Positions 11,179-21,853 of a DNA stretch of 64,000 nt are shown here, piece by piece; position 1 is the first letter of the stretch, and each line of letters opens with the position of its first letter. The translations under genes were made by a program, and so were the position numbers. The stretch is from an uncultured Alphaproteobacteria bacterium (GTDB lineage: Bacteria; Pseudomonadota; Alphaproteobacteria; Rhizobiales; Hyphomicrobiaceae). Location of the stretch: NCBI GenBank assembly GCA_963819605.1, contig CAWFWU010000010.1:101710-165709 (forward strand). The letters are read 5' to 3'. The notes below the pieces were generated by a model. It saw only the letters and a program-made list of their open reading frames with translations. It had not been told where the DNA came from and made no database searches.

Positions 11179-11423
11179 GGTGCTCGAATTCGATTCCTAA
11201 TCATTACTGGTCGCACATCCCGGCTTCGTTGTTAACGCGCTTCCTTGCGAGGATATGCCGCTGATTGCAGGTCGGATACTACGAAAGCCCTGCCTATGCA
11301 TAGGTTGTGCAGGAACGAACCACAACCTAGTGTGCGGGGCTCACGGTGTTCCTTTCGTCCCCGCTTCACGGTCCGGTTCCAAGAAGCCCGCCACATTCAA
11401 CGATTTCAACGGTAGACGCCACC

Positions 11424-13697
11424 ATGGCCACACAATTCCGTGCCGCGCGATTTACGGCCCAAGAAGCTTTGCAGTTTCACGCAGGCGGCAAGCCCGGCAA
11501 GCTGGAAATTACGCCGACAAAGCCGCTCGCTACTCAGCGAGATCTAGCCCTCGCTTACTCGCCCGGTGTCGCGGTGCCTGTGCTGGCCATCGCGCAAAAT
11601 CCGGCGGACGTGTACGCTTACACCAACAAGGGCAATCTGGTTGCCGTCGTCTCGAACGGTACGGCGATCCTTGGGCTCGGCAATTTAGGTGCACTCGCTG
11701 CAAAACCCGTCATGGAGGGAAAGGCGGCGCTCTTTAAACGCTTTGCCGACATCGACTCGATCGATCTGCTCGTTGATACCGAAGACGTCGAGGCTTTCAT
11801 CAACTCTGTGCGGTACCTCGGACCCTCGTTCGGCGGGATCAATCTTGAGGATATAAAGGCCCCCGATTGCTTCATCATCGAAGAGAAGCTGAAAGAGCTG
11901 CTCGATATCCCGGTGTTTCACGACGACCAGCACGGCACTGCGATTGTCGTCGCGGCCGGCGTACTCAATGGCTTGAAGGTCGTCGGCAAAGACATTGCCA
12001 AAGTGAAGCTTGTGTGCGCGGGAGCCGGAGCCGCCGCGTTAGCGTGTCTCAACTTACTTTTGAAGATCGGCTTAAAGCGCGAGAACGTCTTCGTATCCGA
12101 CATAGAGGGTGTCGTCTACGAAGGCCGCACCAAGCTGATGGACCCCTATAAGGCGCCGTTTGCACAGAAGACCAAGGCACGCCAACTCGCCGAAGTCATG
12201 AAAGGCGCCGACATCTTTCTCGGACTTTCAGCGGCGGGTGTCGTTTCGCGCGACATGGTCGTCTCGATGGCAGAGAAGCCGCTGATCTTCGCCATGGCCA
12301 ACCCTGATCCAGAAATCAGCCCCGACGACGTTCACTCCGCCCGCCCAGACGCGATCATGGCGACCGGGCGCTCCGACTATCCGAACCAAATCAACAATGT
12401 CTTGTGTTTCCCCTTCATCTTTCGCGGCGCGCTCGACGTTCAGGCGACGACCATCAACGACGCGATGAAAATCGCCGCCGCCGAAGCGATTGCCGAACTC
12501 GCGCGCGCAGAAGTTCCCGATCAGGTCATGGCCGCTTTCCACGGCGAGCGGCCGATGTTTGGTCCGGGCTATATTATTCCGGCACCCTTCGATCCGAGGC
12601 TGATGTCGCACGTGCCCGCCGCCGTTGCCAAAGCCGCGATGGATTCAGGCGTCGCGCGCAAACCTATTGTCGATCTCGATGCCTATGTTTCACGACTCAA
12701 AGGCCGTCTCGATCCGATTGTCGGCTGGCTGCAATCGACTTTTGATCAAGTGAGACGCGAGCCGAAACGCGTGGTCTTTACCGAAGGCGAAGATCAGGCT
12801 GTCATCCGCGCCGCGAATTCGTTCTTCAATCAAGGGTTCGGTCAGCCCATTCTGATCGGTACGCGCGAGGTTGTGACGGAACGTTTTCGCGAACTCGGCG
12901 TGCCGCTGAAAAGCGACTTCGAACTTGTTGACACGCGCACCTCGCCGCACATCGAAGAGTTTACCGAATTCCTTTATTCACGCCTTCAGCGCCGCGGTTA
13001 TCTGAAACGCGACTGTCAGCGCCTCGTTGCCAATGAGCGCAATGTGTTTGGTGCGCTCATGGTCGTGCATGGATATGCCGACGCCATGGTCTCAGGCGTG
13101 ACGCGCAACTGGACCAGCGTGTATCGCGACGTGCATCGTGTGTTAGACGAAAAGCCGGGACGCCACGTCATTGGCGTCTCGCTGGCACTGTGCCGCGGCC
13201 GTGCGGTCATCATCGCCGATACTAGCATTCACGACATGCCGACAGCTGAGCAACTCGCCAATATCGCAACCGAAGCAGCCCTTGCTGCCCGCAATCTTGG
13301 CATCGAACCGCGCGTCGCCCTGCTCGCTTATTCGACATTCGGGCAGCCGCGCGGCGAACGCTCGGACCAGGTGCTTGAAGCTGTGAAAATTCTTGACGAG
13401 CGCCAGGTTGATTTCGAGTACGACGGCGATATGGCGGCCGACGTTGCGCTGAACAAGGCGCTGATGGGGCATTATCCGTTCTGCCGTCTGAGCGACACCG
13501 CGAACGTTCTGGTCATGCCGGCATTCCACGCGGCGTCGATTTCGACAAAGATGCTCAAGGAACTTGGCGGTGCGACGATCATTGGGCCGATGATTGTCGG
13601 GTTATCGCATTCTGTGCAGATTTGTTCGTTTGGCGCGACCGACGCCGATGTCGTCAACATGGCGGCACTCGCGGCGTATGGTGCGGGGCGGGTGTGA
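11424..13697 (+). CDS. maeB: NADP-dependent malic enzyme with phosphotransacetylase-like C-terminal domain
   Basis: LAYSPGVA, FGGINLEDI, HDDQHGTA, ATGRSDYPNQ, then PTA-like VVFTEGED domain. Start placed at MATQFRA (11424) rather than the ORF-track start 11346. Confidence 0.95.
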   Translation: MATQFRAARFTAQEALQFHAGGKPGKLEITPTKPLATQRDLALAYSPGVAVPVLAIAQNPADVYAYTNKGNLVAVVSNGTAILGLGNLGALAAKPVMEGKAALFKRFADIDSIDLLVDTEDVEAFINSVRYLGPSFGGINLEDIKAPDCFIIEEKLKELLDIPVFHDDQHGTAIVVAAGVLNGLKVVGKDIAKVKLVCAGAGAAALACLNLLLKIGLKRENVFVSDIEGVVYEGRTKLMDPYKAPFAQKTKARQLAEVMKGADIFLGLSAAGVVSRDMVVSMAEKPLIFAMANPDPEISPDDVHSARPDAIMATGRSDYPNQINNVLCFPFIFRGALDVQATTINDAMKIAAAEAIAELARAEVPDQVMAAFHGERPMFGPGYIIPAPFDPRLMSHVPAAVAKAAMDSGVARKPIVDLDAYVSRLKGRLDPIVGWLQSTFDQVRREPKRVVFTEGEDQAVIRAANSFFNQGFGQPILIGTREVVTERFRELGVPLKSDFELVDTRTSPHIEEFTEFLYSRLQRRGYLKRDCQRLVANERNVFGALMVVHGYADAMVSGVTRNWTSVYRDVHRVLDEKPGRHVIGVSLALCRGRAVIIADTSIHDMPTAEQLANIATEAALAARNLGIEPRVALLAYSTFGQPRGERSDQVLEAVKILDERQVDFEYDGDMAADVALNKALMGHYPFCRLSDTANVLVMPAFHAASISTKMLKELGGATIIGPMIVGLSHSVQICSFGATDADVVNMAALAAYGAGRV

Positions 13698-13705
13698 GGT
13701 ACTTT

Positions 13706-13872
13706 CCCTCTCCCCATCTTGGCGGAGCCAAGCTTCGCTTGGACGGGAGAGGGTTAGGGTGAGGGGGCGCATTTTCTGCTGCCGCCAGAGACCGCCCCCT
13801 CACCCGGCGCGGAACATCACTTCCCAATCATCAGGTTCTCTGGCCGCGCCGGCCTCTCCCCAAGGGGAGAGG
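13706..13872. repeat. REP/CIR-like multi-hairpin intergenic element
   Basis: Four stems: ccctctccc/gggagaggg (13706-13753, with internal ccaagc-ttc-gcttgg hairpin), gggtgagggggcg/cgccccctcaccc, cggcgcgg/ccgcgccg and cctctcccc-aa-ggggagagg. Resembles the alphaproteobacterial CCCTCTCCC...GGGAGAGGG repeat family. Confidence 0.75.
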
Positions 13873-14109
13873 CTAAATTCTCCCGCGTTAACGACGAAAA
13901 ACAGTTGAGCGCAACGCTCCTTCGTGCTAGATTGACTACAGTGCCGAGATTGGCATCCGATGAACCGGTTCGTGAAAGCGAGCCGGTTTTTTTGTGGGTG
14001 GGATAAGGGGTGAGGCTCGGAACGGAAATTTACCAACGCTGCTTTAAACCCCAAGGAAAGGTTGGCATTCCGCGTCCAATATCCACAGCATCAGCAGGAG
14101 CCAGACCAA

Positions 14110-15276
14110 ATGTCGGTACGCGCACTCGTGATTTTCGTGGCGATGGCGATCTCGCTCTCGTCTGCAAATGCCGCCGGACTCTCGGTAAAGCTATCAAGTG
14201 TGGCACCAATTAGGCTCGGCGATCCTGTGCAGATTAACATCTCATACGGCGGAGTGCCGGAAGGAGCAGGTCTTGTCGTCTCTGTGGTTCCAGACTTACC
14301 TGAATCTGACTACGAGAAGTACGGCGTCTACGGTCGGCTATTGGTTTTGCAACCCGTGCCCATTTCAGGAAGCGGTCACCACACGGTCGATTGGGACACA
14401 AAAAATGTCGGATGTGATCCGGTGGACGCGCCAATGTGGTGCCCGTCCTTCCAGATTGGGCGTTATCGCATTAAAGCCGAAGCCTATGACACGTCCTTGT
14501 TTCCGCTGCTTGGGATGGTGCCCAGAACCACCGATCCACTATCACTTGCCGTCAGTCAGTCTCAAGCGTTCGAAGTTGTTGGTGAACCTGATATGGCTCC
14601 ATTGATCCTAGGCCTCGATCAAGCAGCCATCGGGTACTTGGCGGAAGCCGCAGGCGTTGGCCCGGGAGCGGTCACGAAGCATGTCGATACGACGAGTGAA
14701 CTTCAGTCACGTAGTGGAATGCTGTGTAAATCGTATACAGCGAAGCGACCATTTGCTGGGGGCGTAAGTGCGTGTATCCCAGCAGACGTAGTAGGCCCAT
14801 TCGGCGTACATCGTCATCGCGTCATGCATGAAGGTAAGGCCGATTTGGCGCCATCTATCGGGCCGGCCCCCGGGGTCGTTCCATACGACCAAGCCTTGGC
14901 GAAGGCTCGTGGCCTGGCCGATGGGCCTTACCAAAAAATCATCAACGCACAGGAAGATGCGCGATTTTCCGTCCGGACACAGCGCGGGACTGACGGCATC
15001 GGGCGGCCCGCTGGAGACAATGTTAATAGCTGGATACGCCGGGGCTGGGGGTACGATCTTAGTGCCGGAGTATCTGGATGGGAATATCGAGCACAGGACG
15101 ATGCTTGGATATTTGTTATCTACGAAGTGCAGGCAGGCGGTTCTTCAGCCACGCCAGACAGATTTGCAGATCAAGTGATGGTTCGTGTCGAGCATGATGG
15201 CCGTGCTTGCGTTGTCCGCACCGTTCCTTACAAGGGCTCATTCGAAATTGACGACAGCACAAAAGCGTGTCCCTGA
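14110..15276 (+). CDS. Hypothetical secreted protein
   Basis: Long ORF; caggag RBS before ATG 14110; signal peptide MSVRALVIFVAMAISLSSANAA; no family recognised. Confidence 0.7.
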   Translation: MSVRALVIFVAMAISLSSANAAGLSVKLSSVAPIRLGDPVQINISYGGVPEGAGLVVSVVPDLPESDYEKYGVYGRLLVLQPVPISGSGHHTVDWDTKNVGCDPVDAPMWCPSFQIGRYRIKAEAYDTSLFPLLGMVPRTTDPLSLAVSQSQAFEVVGEPDMAPLILGLDQAAIGYLAEAAGVGPGAVTKHVDTTSELQSRSGMLCKSYTAKRPFAGGVSACIPADVVGPFGVHRHRVMHEGKADLAPSIGPAPGVVPYDQALAKARGLADGPYQKIINAQEDARFSVRTQRGTDGIGRPAGDNVNSWIRRGWGYDLSAGVSGWEYRAQDDAWIFVIYEVQAGGSSATPDRFADQVMVRVEHDGRACVVRTVPYKGSFEIDDSTKACP

Positions 15277-15351
15277 CGGACGAGATTATTATGGGGCTTC
15301 CTCCTTCTTGGAGCTTCCGCTCCTGTCCCATTGTACCCACTCCCCCCTCCC

Positions 15352-16329
15352 TCACGCATCCACCGCAATGCGGCTCTTATTTTCGTCGGGTTGGCCGTAG
15401 TGTTCGAAGTACTTGGGATCGATTTTCTCGACCGGAAGCATGATGAGCACGTCGGTCGTGCCGAATTGCCTGTCTATCACCGCACCATCGCCAACGGTCG
15501 CGCCGAGACGCAAGTAGGCTTTGATCAGAGGCGGCATGGCTTTGAGCGCCGCTTTCATTTCAACTTTTTCTTTAGGCAGGCGGTCCATCGGCACATGAAG
15601 GCGGGCGTGCGCGCGGCATCGCCACTCGGGCGGCGACATGCGCATTGTGATGCAAGAAGCTCAGCGCCATGGCGTGCTCATCGGGGTCTGTGCCCTCGAA
15701 GCTGGCGCACCCAAGCATGACGTCGATTTTGTGTTCGCGCACATAAGTCCACAACCCATGCCAAAGAAGTTCGACGGTTCGCTTGTTGCGATAGGGCGCA
15801 AGCACGCAAGACCGGCCAAGCTCCATGAAACGATAGCCCGGCGAGCGCGACGCTGAGCAACGGTTTGAATGTCGTATTCGCCAGCCGTGTAAAATCCGAG
15901 CGAGCTTCCGCAACGTCCTGGCGCAAAACGCGATACGTTCCGACGACCGTCGGCGTCGGGCGGCCTACGCCGTGGCTCTTGCCCTCGGACTTGATGAGAT
16001 CGACGACGAGCAAGATGATCGCAAATCGCGTCATAAGCGTCTTCATCGCGGCGGCGGAATTGCGCGAGGCGGCTCGGCATTGCCGACATTTCTTCATAGA
16101 AGACTTGATAACGCAGGCGTTGCGCGAATTTGATCTCAGCGCGCGTTCGGGCCAGACGCACCTCGAGATTGCCGACGCGGCCATAAATCTTCGGTTCAAG
16201 GTGCCGGACAAACCTAGACAAATCCGGTGTCTTACTCTTGAAATTTCGCAGCGCCTCAAGGCTTCGTGGCAAGAAACGGGAATCATCACGTGCACTCGAT
16301 TGCGACCTAACCGGTCTGAGTACCTGCAT
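15352..16329 (-). pseudogene. olsB: Ornithine-lipid N-acyltransferase (GNAT, OlsB-like), broken by about five frameshifts
   Basis: Motifs LEVRLA..AQRLRYQVFYEEM, CDH|LLVVD, GFYTAGEYDI, ELGRSCV, GCASFEGTDP and PPLIKAYLRLGATVGDGAVIDRQFGTTDV are spread over all three minus frames. Confidence 0.75.
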
Positions 16330-16466
16330 GTCGCGTTCGACCCCGTATTGCGCCCGGCTGCTTAGCTTATAGCGGAACAGTTAGCACGATTCCATGACAG
16401 TTCTACAAAGGCCTGCCGGCAAGCCCGGTCTTAGTACAAGCTAGCGAACGATGTGCTTGGCATCAT

Positions 16467-16688
16467 CTACTTGGCATCGTCAATCGGCCGTCCGGCGTCC
16501 GCTATCAGCAATGGCACGCCATTTTTGATTGGGAAGGCAAGCCCAGCAGCACGGCTAATCAGTTCCTGCTTGGAGGCATCATATTCCAGTCTGGTCTTTG
16601 TAAGCGGGCACACGAGCAGTTCCAACAGCCTGGGATCGACGCCATGGCTTGGAGCTATTTCTGATTCATCAGCGGGCATTGCATTCAT
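16467..16688 (-). CDS. Trm112/YcaR (UPF0434) family protein
   Basis: DPRLLELLVCPLTKTRL...FPIKNGVPLL. Confidence 0.9.
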   Translation of the reverse strand: MNAMPADESEIAPSHGVDPRLLELLVCPLTKTRLEYDASKQELISRAAGLAFPIKNGVPLLIADAGRPIDDAK

Positions 16689-16706
16689 CCAAACTGTAAC
16701 CCGTCG

Positions 16707-17393
16707 CTACTGTAGCGTGGTACCGCTGCTGCCGTTCGACGCAAGTTCAATTTCCGCCAGCGCCACGAGAACTTCAGCTCTCGTTTTGAGATCGGCTGCT
16801 TCAAGCAAGGCTTGCTTTTCCTCAGGACCATATGGGCACATAACCGACAAGGCGTTGATCAGGTATTCATTCGACGCCCGCTGGATTGACGCCCAATCCG
16901 TCTTGAGTGAATTTGCTTCCAAATAGCTCTTGAGCACACGCAAAAGATTTGGCCGGTCGACAAATTCTTCGCCGAGACCTGCCGTTAAATCCGAAGCGAA
17001 GCGATCATAGCTCGCACTCATGACGCGGTAGGGTTTGCCGGTTACGGCTTCATCGATGATTTCGAAGCGCGTGAGACCCGTGAGCGTGATCACATAGCGG
17101 CCATCATCGAGTTCTTGGTACGACGTAATCCGGCCGGCACACCCGACGCGATGGAGGCCGAACGATTTCCCAAGCGGGCTCTCATCGACGTCGTCGTCAA
17201 CTGCACTGGATGGCTGCAGAACGCCTAGCACCCGTTCGCCCGACATCACGTCATCGATCATGCTCAAATAGCGCGGCTCGAAAACATTGAGCGGCAACGT
17301 GGCACGCGGCAACAAAATGGCGCCTCTCAGCGGGAAGACTGCAATCCTTGGGGGAAGGTCGGCTGGCCTGCGGTAGCGCTGTGCAAGTCCCAC
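16707..17393 (-). CDS. LON peptidase substrate-binding (N-terminal) domain protein
   Basis: IAVFPLRGAILLP..LPLNVFEPRY, VGCAGRI, EEKQALLEA; GTG start. Confidence 0.9.
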   Translation of the reverse strand: MGLAQRYRRPADLPPRIAVFPLRGAILLPRATLPLNVFEPRYLSMIDDVMSGERVLGVLQPSSAVDDDVDESPLGKSFGLHRVGCAGRITSYQELDDGRYVITLTGLTRFEIIDEAVTGKPYRVMSASYDRFASDLTAGLGEEFVDRPNLLRVLKSYLEANSLKTDWASIQRASNEYLINALSVMCPYGPEEKQALLEAADLKTRAEVLVALAEIELASNGSSGTTLQ

Positions 17394-17456
17394 GAGTTCA
17401 CGTCTCCTTCATTCAGTTCCGGCGGGTGGCCGGCCTCCGGGAGCTGCGCAAGCCCG

Positions 17457-18374
17457 TCAGCTAAACAACAGCGATGACAAACGGCGCCGGCCCTCGCCGA
17501 CCAGAGGTTCCTTTGAGCCCCAGGCATCAAAAAATTGCAGCAGCTGTTTGCGCGCCGCCTCTTCATTCCATTTGCGGTCGCGGCGCATGATTTCCAAGAG
17601 GTGATCGAGAGCTTCCGCTTTTTTCCCCATGCCCGCAAGGCCGATGGCCAAATCGAAGCGCGCCTGGTGGTCAGACGGATTGGTTTCCAGGCTCAGCTCA
17701 AACCCAGCAAGGTCGCCGACGTTCGCGGCCTTTTCCGCCAAGTCCAATGCAGCATTGACCGCCTCGACGGCCGGGATACTACGTTTTTCAGGGGCAACGA
17801 GAGAGATTGTCTGCCGGGCGCGGCCATAGTCGCCAGTCTTTAGATAACATTGGGCAAGGCCGGCAAGAGCCGCCACATTCTCGCGATCCTCCTGCAAAAT
17901 GGCCGCATAAATCTCGGCAGCCCCCTGCAGATCTCCCTCGTCGATCAATTCAGCCGCTGAATTGAGCACCGCCTCAATGTCATTGGCTTCATCTGCGCCA
18001 ACCAGACGCTCGACAAAAGCGCGCACTTCAGCCTCGGATTGCGCGCCGACAAAACCGTCGAGCGGGCGGCCATCGCGAAAGGCATAAACCGTCGGCATGG
18101 ATTGAATGCGCAGTTGCGCGGCGACGGCTTGATTTGCATCAACATCAATCTTGACCAACCTCACCTTGCCGGCAAAGGCTCGAACTACTCTTTCGAGGAT
18201 CGGCGTCAACTGTTTGCAGGGACCGCACCACGCGGCCCAAAAATCAACGATCACAAGCACGTCTTTCGAGGCTTCAATCACGTCCTTGACGAAAGAGGCG
18301 GTTGTGCCGTCCTTAATAAGTTCTCCATCGCCTACATTGGAAGGCGGGTTACTGCGGGTACCGAAGTCCATCAA
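17457..18374 (-). CDS. ybbN: Thioredoxin-TPR chaperedoxin (YbbN/CnoX family)
   Basis: DFWAAWCGPCK followed by a TPR region ending GRRRLSSLLFS. Confidence 0.9.
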   Translation of the reverse strand: MMDFGTRSNPPSNVGDGELIKDGTTASFVKDVIEASKDVLVIVDFWAAWCGPCKQLTPILERVVRAFAGKVRLVKIDVDANQAVAAQLRIQSMPTVYAFRDGRPLDGFVGAQSEAEVRAFVERLVGADEANDIEAVLNSAAELIDEGDLQGAAEIYAAILQEDRENVAALAGLAQCYLKTGDYGRARQTISLVAPEKRSIPAVEAVNAALDLAEKAANVGDLAGFELSLETNPSDHQARFDLAIGLAGMGKKAEALDHLLEIMRRDRKWNEEAARKQLLQFFDAWGSKEPLVGEGRRRLSSLLFS

Positions 18375-18412
18375 TCGTGTTTCCTCAACTGCGAAAAGGC
18401 AACGGCGCGCCG

Positions 18413-18919
18413 CTAAACGCCCGCAAGGCCCAGCGACTTTGGCTCGTGGCCGGTCTCACGAATGAACCGCAAAAGATCGGCCAATGCAATGTTCGTCGTT
18501 GCCGTGTTCTCTAGCGGGTGACAGTTGACGCTGTCATGCGCCAATAATTCCTGATCCAGAATGACACAGACGCGGCGTTGTTTGTCATTAATGATCGAAA
18601 AAGCTGTGACCGATCCGGGCGTGACGCCGAGCGTTTCCATGAGCAACTCGGGCCTTCCAAACGACAGCCGTCCGATCCCGAGACTGCGCGCCAGATACTT
18701 TAGATCCACCCGCGCCGAACTTTTGGCCACCACGAGTAGAAGCACGCCCTTCTCATCCTTGAGAAAAAGGTTCTTCGTGTGCGCGCCGGGTAACGCGATG
18801 ACTATCGTACTGCTCTCGGCAACGGTTCGAGCCGGCGGATGCTCGACCGTCGTTGTGTTGATTCCCATTGTGGCTAAATGGGCGAACAGGTCGTCGCGGG
18901 TGTGGGGTTTTGGGTTCAA
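18413..18919 (-). CDS. Prolyl-tRNA editing protein (YbaK/ProX family)
   Basis: HPPART, GAHTKNLFLKD, GVTPGSV, NCHPLENTAT. Confidence 0.9.
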   Translation of the reverse strand: MNPKPHTRDDLFAHLATMGINTTTVEHPPARTVAESSTIVIALPGAHTKNLFLKDEKGVLLLVVAKSSARVDLKYLARSLGIGRLSFGRPELLMETLGVTPGSVTAFSIINDKQRRVCVILDQELLAHDSVNCHPLENTATTNIALADLLRFIRETGHEPKSLGLAGV

Positions 18920-19078
18920 GATCGCCTCGGCACCAAGGGGGCAGACTGTCGTTTCATAAGGCTTGAACCCCCTGCTTCGGGGCGATGCAAGGGGCTTTGA
19001 GAGGGCTCTTGCAAACCAAAGTCACATGAGCCATAAGGCGTGTCTCGAAGCGCCAAAAGCGCTGACCCCAAGATGGAT

Positions 19079-19153
<75 letters not shown>

Positions 19154-19191
19154 GTTTTCATTGAATAATTTGGTAGTTTCCCCTTTTGGGG

Positions 19192-19213
19192 CGGCACGCA
19201 AACGGCACGCAAA
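19192..19213 (+). repeat. Tandem 11-bp repeat (cggcacgcaaa x2), probable integrase arm-type site
   Basis: Perfect tandem copy about 40 bp inside attL; the same 11-mer recurs at 44756-44766 near attR. Confidence 0.6.
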
Positions 19214-19550
19214 ATCTTACCCAGTGCGTGTTTTGTTGCCTGCAAGTGCTGCGGGTCAGCGGCCGCATACATCTCGGTCACGTTGTGACCTGGCATCTTG
19301 TGACCGAGCAGCGCTGCCACTTCCCACACCGGTACGCTTTCGGCTCTTAGCCATCGCGCAACCGTATGACGGAGGCTGTAGGGGTTGGCATCTTCTGCGA
19401 GGCCTTGACGAGCTGTTGCCCATGACGACTTGACCCTGAGCAGCTGCTTGCCTCTGAAATGAATCACAGGATCGTCTGAGGGCCCCCAGGCTTGAAGCAG
19501 CTTGCGGATCTCCGAACACATCGGAATGTTGGCGCGGCGTTTTTTGCTTT

Positions 19551-20630
19551 GTGATCATCCGGGCGGCACTCATCAAGAACTACCTCGCTGAACTTTTCCA
19601 AGGCCGCGCTCAGTTTCTCTGGGCCGTCCATGACGACACCGCAGCGCCTCATGCCCACGTCGTCTTCGTCGATAAAGATAGTGCTAGCGGCAGGCGCGTG
19701 GCACAGCTCACCGAACGAGCCAGCGCACTTCGTTGGCGCATGGTCTGGGAAGATTGCTGCAACCGCGCTCTCACCTTGGCTGGCTCGGTTGCACGCATGT
19801 CGCGCTTGGGGAAGCACAGCCAGCACCACCAGTTGTTCAATGCTGAAGCAAAGCTTGATCGTGCTGGAGTGTCGAAGTTGGCCGATGCCCCAACCGCCTC
19901 CCAATAGCCCCAGAAGCCACCCCTACGTCCGCAACCAACTGAGTTAGAACCAATCATCAAACATGGAGAATCCAATGTTGAGCGAGACACTGTGATGGAT
20001 GCCATCATCAAACAGGATGCAGAAACTCCTTCGATTGCAGCTGTGGTCGCCTTTGTTGCAAGCCAAGTGTTGGAACTTGAACGGCTCAGAGCCGCTAAAC
20101 AAACCATCGCAGATTATCGCGCGTCTTACGCTCAAGTGACCGCCAATCTTCTCCGAACGCAGACCCGCATGGAGTCGATTGATCCCGAGCTGCAACGTGC
20201 CGGAGCCAGGGTGATCAAAGCAGAGCAAGAGGAAGCGCGGCATAAGGGATTGCTGAAGCGCTTGTGGCAGATGGTCAGTCCTGCCGCCAGCTCACGCGCT
20301 AAGGCGGCGAAAACCGCCGCCCAGATGGCCGTCTATGCGCTCTCAACCACGCGCATCAAAGCCAACAGTTTGTTGCGCGAAGCCCAAGCCTTGGAGGCCG
20401 AGCAAAAGGCGCTGCATGAAAAGGCCAATGCGTTGAAGTCCAGTCTGGCCATTTATGGAACCGACGAGGATGTTGCCATTGCTGAGCAGGCGCTCATCAG
20501 AACCATTGCGGTCAATACGGCGGAGTTGAGCGCTGTCAAACTCTCTCATGCATTGCTGACAGGCGAGATCACCCCCGACGAACACCGGCACCTGTTGCGG
20601 GCTGTCGATAAGGGTGGGCTGGAGGCTTAG
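19551..20630 (+). pseudogene. HUH relaxase (VirD2/MOBP-like) fragment plus coiled-coil tail, 5'-truncated, internal TAG at 19905-19907
   Basis: AVHDDTAAPHAHVVF His-triad motif III. ORFs 19551-19907 and 19992-20630 are in one frame separated by a single TAG. No N-terminal catalytic Tyr motif. Confidence 0.6.
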
Positions 20631-20746
20631 CGGTTGGCATGGCTACCTTTTTTGGCCTGTCTTGCGATTTGCGTCACAAAAATCATTTAAGTTAGATGTT
20701 GCAGATAAATCAGATGAGCCCTATAATGTCTTGAAAGGAGATCATC

Positions 20747-21223
20747 ATGAGCCGCCAGACAACGCCTATCACCACTGAAACCGCCGCACTCGCGCAGACC
20801 CTTTTGGGCACTGTGGGTCACCTGGAGTCCTTTACGATTGGCAACCCGGAAACTGGCATCTCCGCGCCACTGCCGCCGCACATCGCGCAACTCATTCGTC
20901 AGGTGTTGACGAGCTTGGCAGCCGGTCGCGAGGTTACAATTTCTGAAAACTTGACGGAACTCACCCCGAATGAAGCCGCAGACGTCCTCAACGTTTCGCG
21001 CACATACATTATCAAGTTGCTTGATGACGGCGTACTTCCTTACCGGTTAGTCGGTACGCACCGCCGTATCCCCTATGCCGATCTGTTGGCCCACAAGACA
21101 GAGGTGCAAGCGCGTTCACGTGCCGCGCTCGAAGAACTTTATGAAATTGATCGTGAGCTTGGGTTGGATCAGCTCGATGGTCCGCCGCCAGACAAATGCG
21201 TGTATCGGACCGACCGTTCCTGA
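20747..21223 (+). CDS. Excisionase-like HTH antitoxin of a PIN toxin pair
   Basis: ELTPNEAADVLNVSRTYIIKLLDDG.LPYRLVGTHRRI; TGATG overlap with the PIN gene. Confidence 0.85.
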   Translation: MSRQTTPITTETAALAQTLLGTVGHLESFTIGNPETGISAPLPPHIAQLIRQVLTSLAAGREVTISENLTELTPNEAADVLNVSRTYIIKLLDDGVLPYRLVGTHRRIPYADLLAHKTEVQARSRAALEELYEIDRELGLDQLDGPPPDKCVYRTDRS

Positions 21224-21807
21224 TGACCGCAGTCCCCGCCGTATTCGTTGATACCAATGCGCTCTATTCCACGGCGCTACGGGACATCTTTATCGAACTT
21301 GCCGCTGCGGGCGTGATCCGCCTGTATTGGTCACAAACCGTCATTGATGAGCTGAATACCGCCATCCTGAAGCAACGCCCGCAAACACCGGTTCATCGCA
21401 TTGCTACTCGAACAGCCGCAATGAACTACACTTTGCCGACAGCCATGGTGGTACCGAACCCCGAGCGAAAATTGAAGGCCACGCTGCCCGATCCTAAAGA
21501 TGCGCATGTCCTTGCCGCCGCGCTTGATGCTGGCTGTAGTCTCATCATAACATTCAATTTGCGTGACTTTCCAACTGCCGAATTGCAACGCGAAAGCGTT
21601 CCCATCCGGGCAGTACATCCCGATGAATTCCTGGTCACACTGCTCACCACAAACGCCACGCCCGTTTTGAAAATCATTCAAGACGTTGCGAAGAAATTAA
21701 ACAAGCCGCCGATGCCGTGGCCGGACTACCTTGCCAGCCTTGTGAAATCTGAGCTTCGGCAAACGGCGGCTTTGTTGCAATATCTTGTGCCACCGCCAAG
21801 TTCATGA
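21223..21807 (+). CDS. PIN-domain (VapC-like) toxin
   Basis: VFVDTNALY, WSQTVIDE, LPDPKDAHVLAAA, IITFNLRDFP. Confidence 0.88.
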   Translation: MTAVPAVFVDTNALYSTALRDIFIELAAAGVIRLYWSQTVIDELNTAILKQRPQTPVHRIATRTAAMNYTLPTAMVVPNPERKLKATLPDPKDAHVLAAALDAGCSLIITFNLRDFPTAELQRESVPIRAVHPDEFLVTLLTTNATPVLKIIQDVAKKLNKPPMPWPDYLASLVKSELRQTAALLQYLVPPPSS

Positions 21808-21853
21808 CGTAGCGATGGTGGCGGCGCCAGCAGAAAATGAGGGAGTTGAAATC

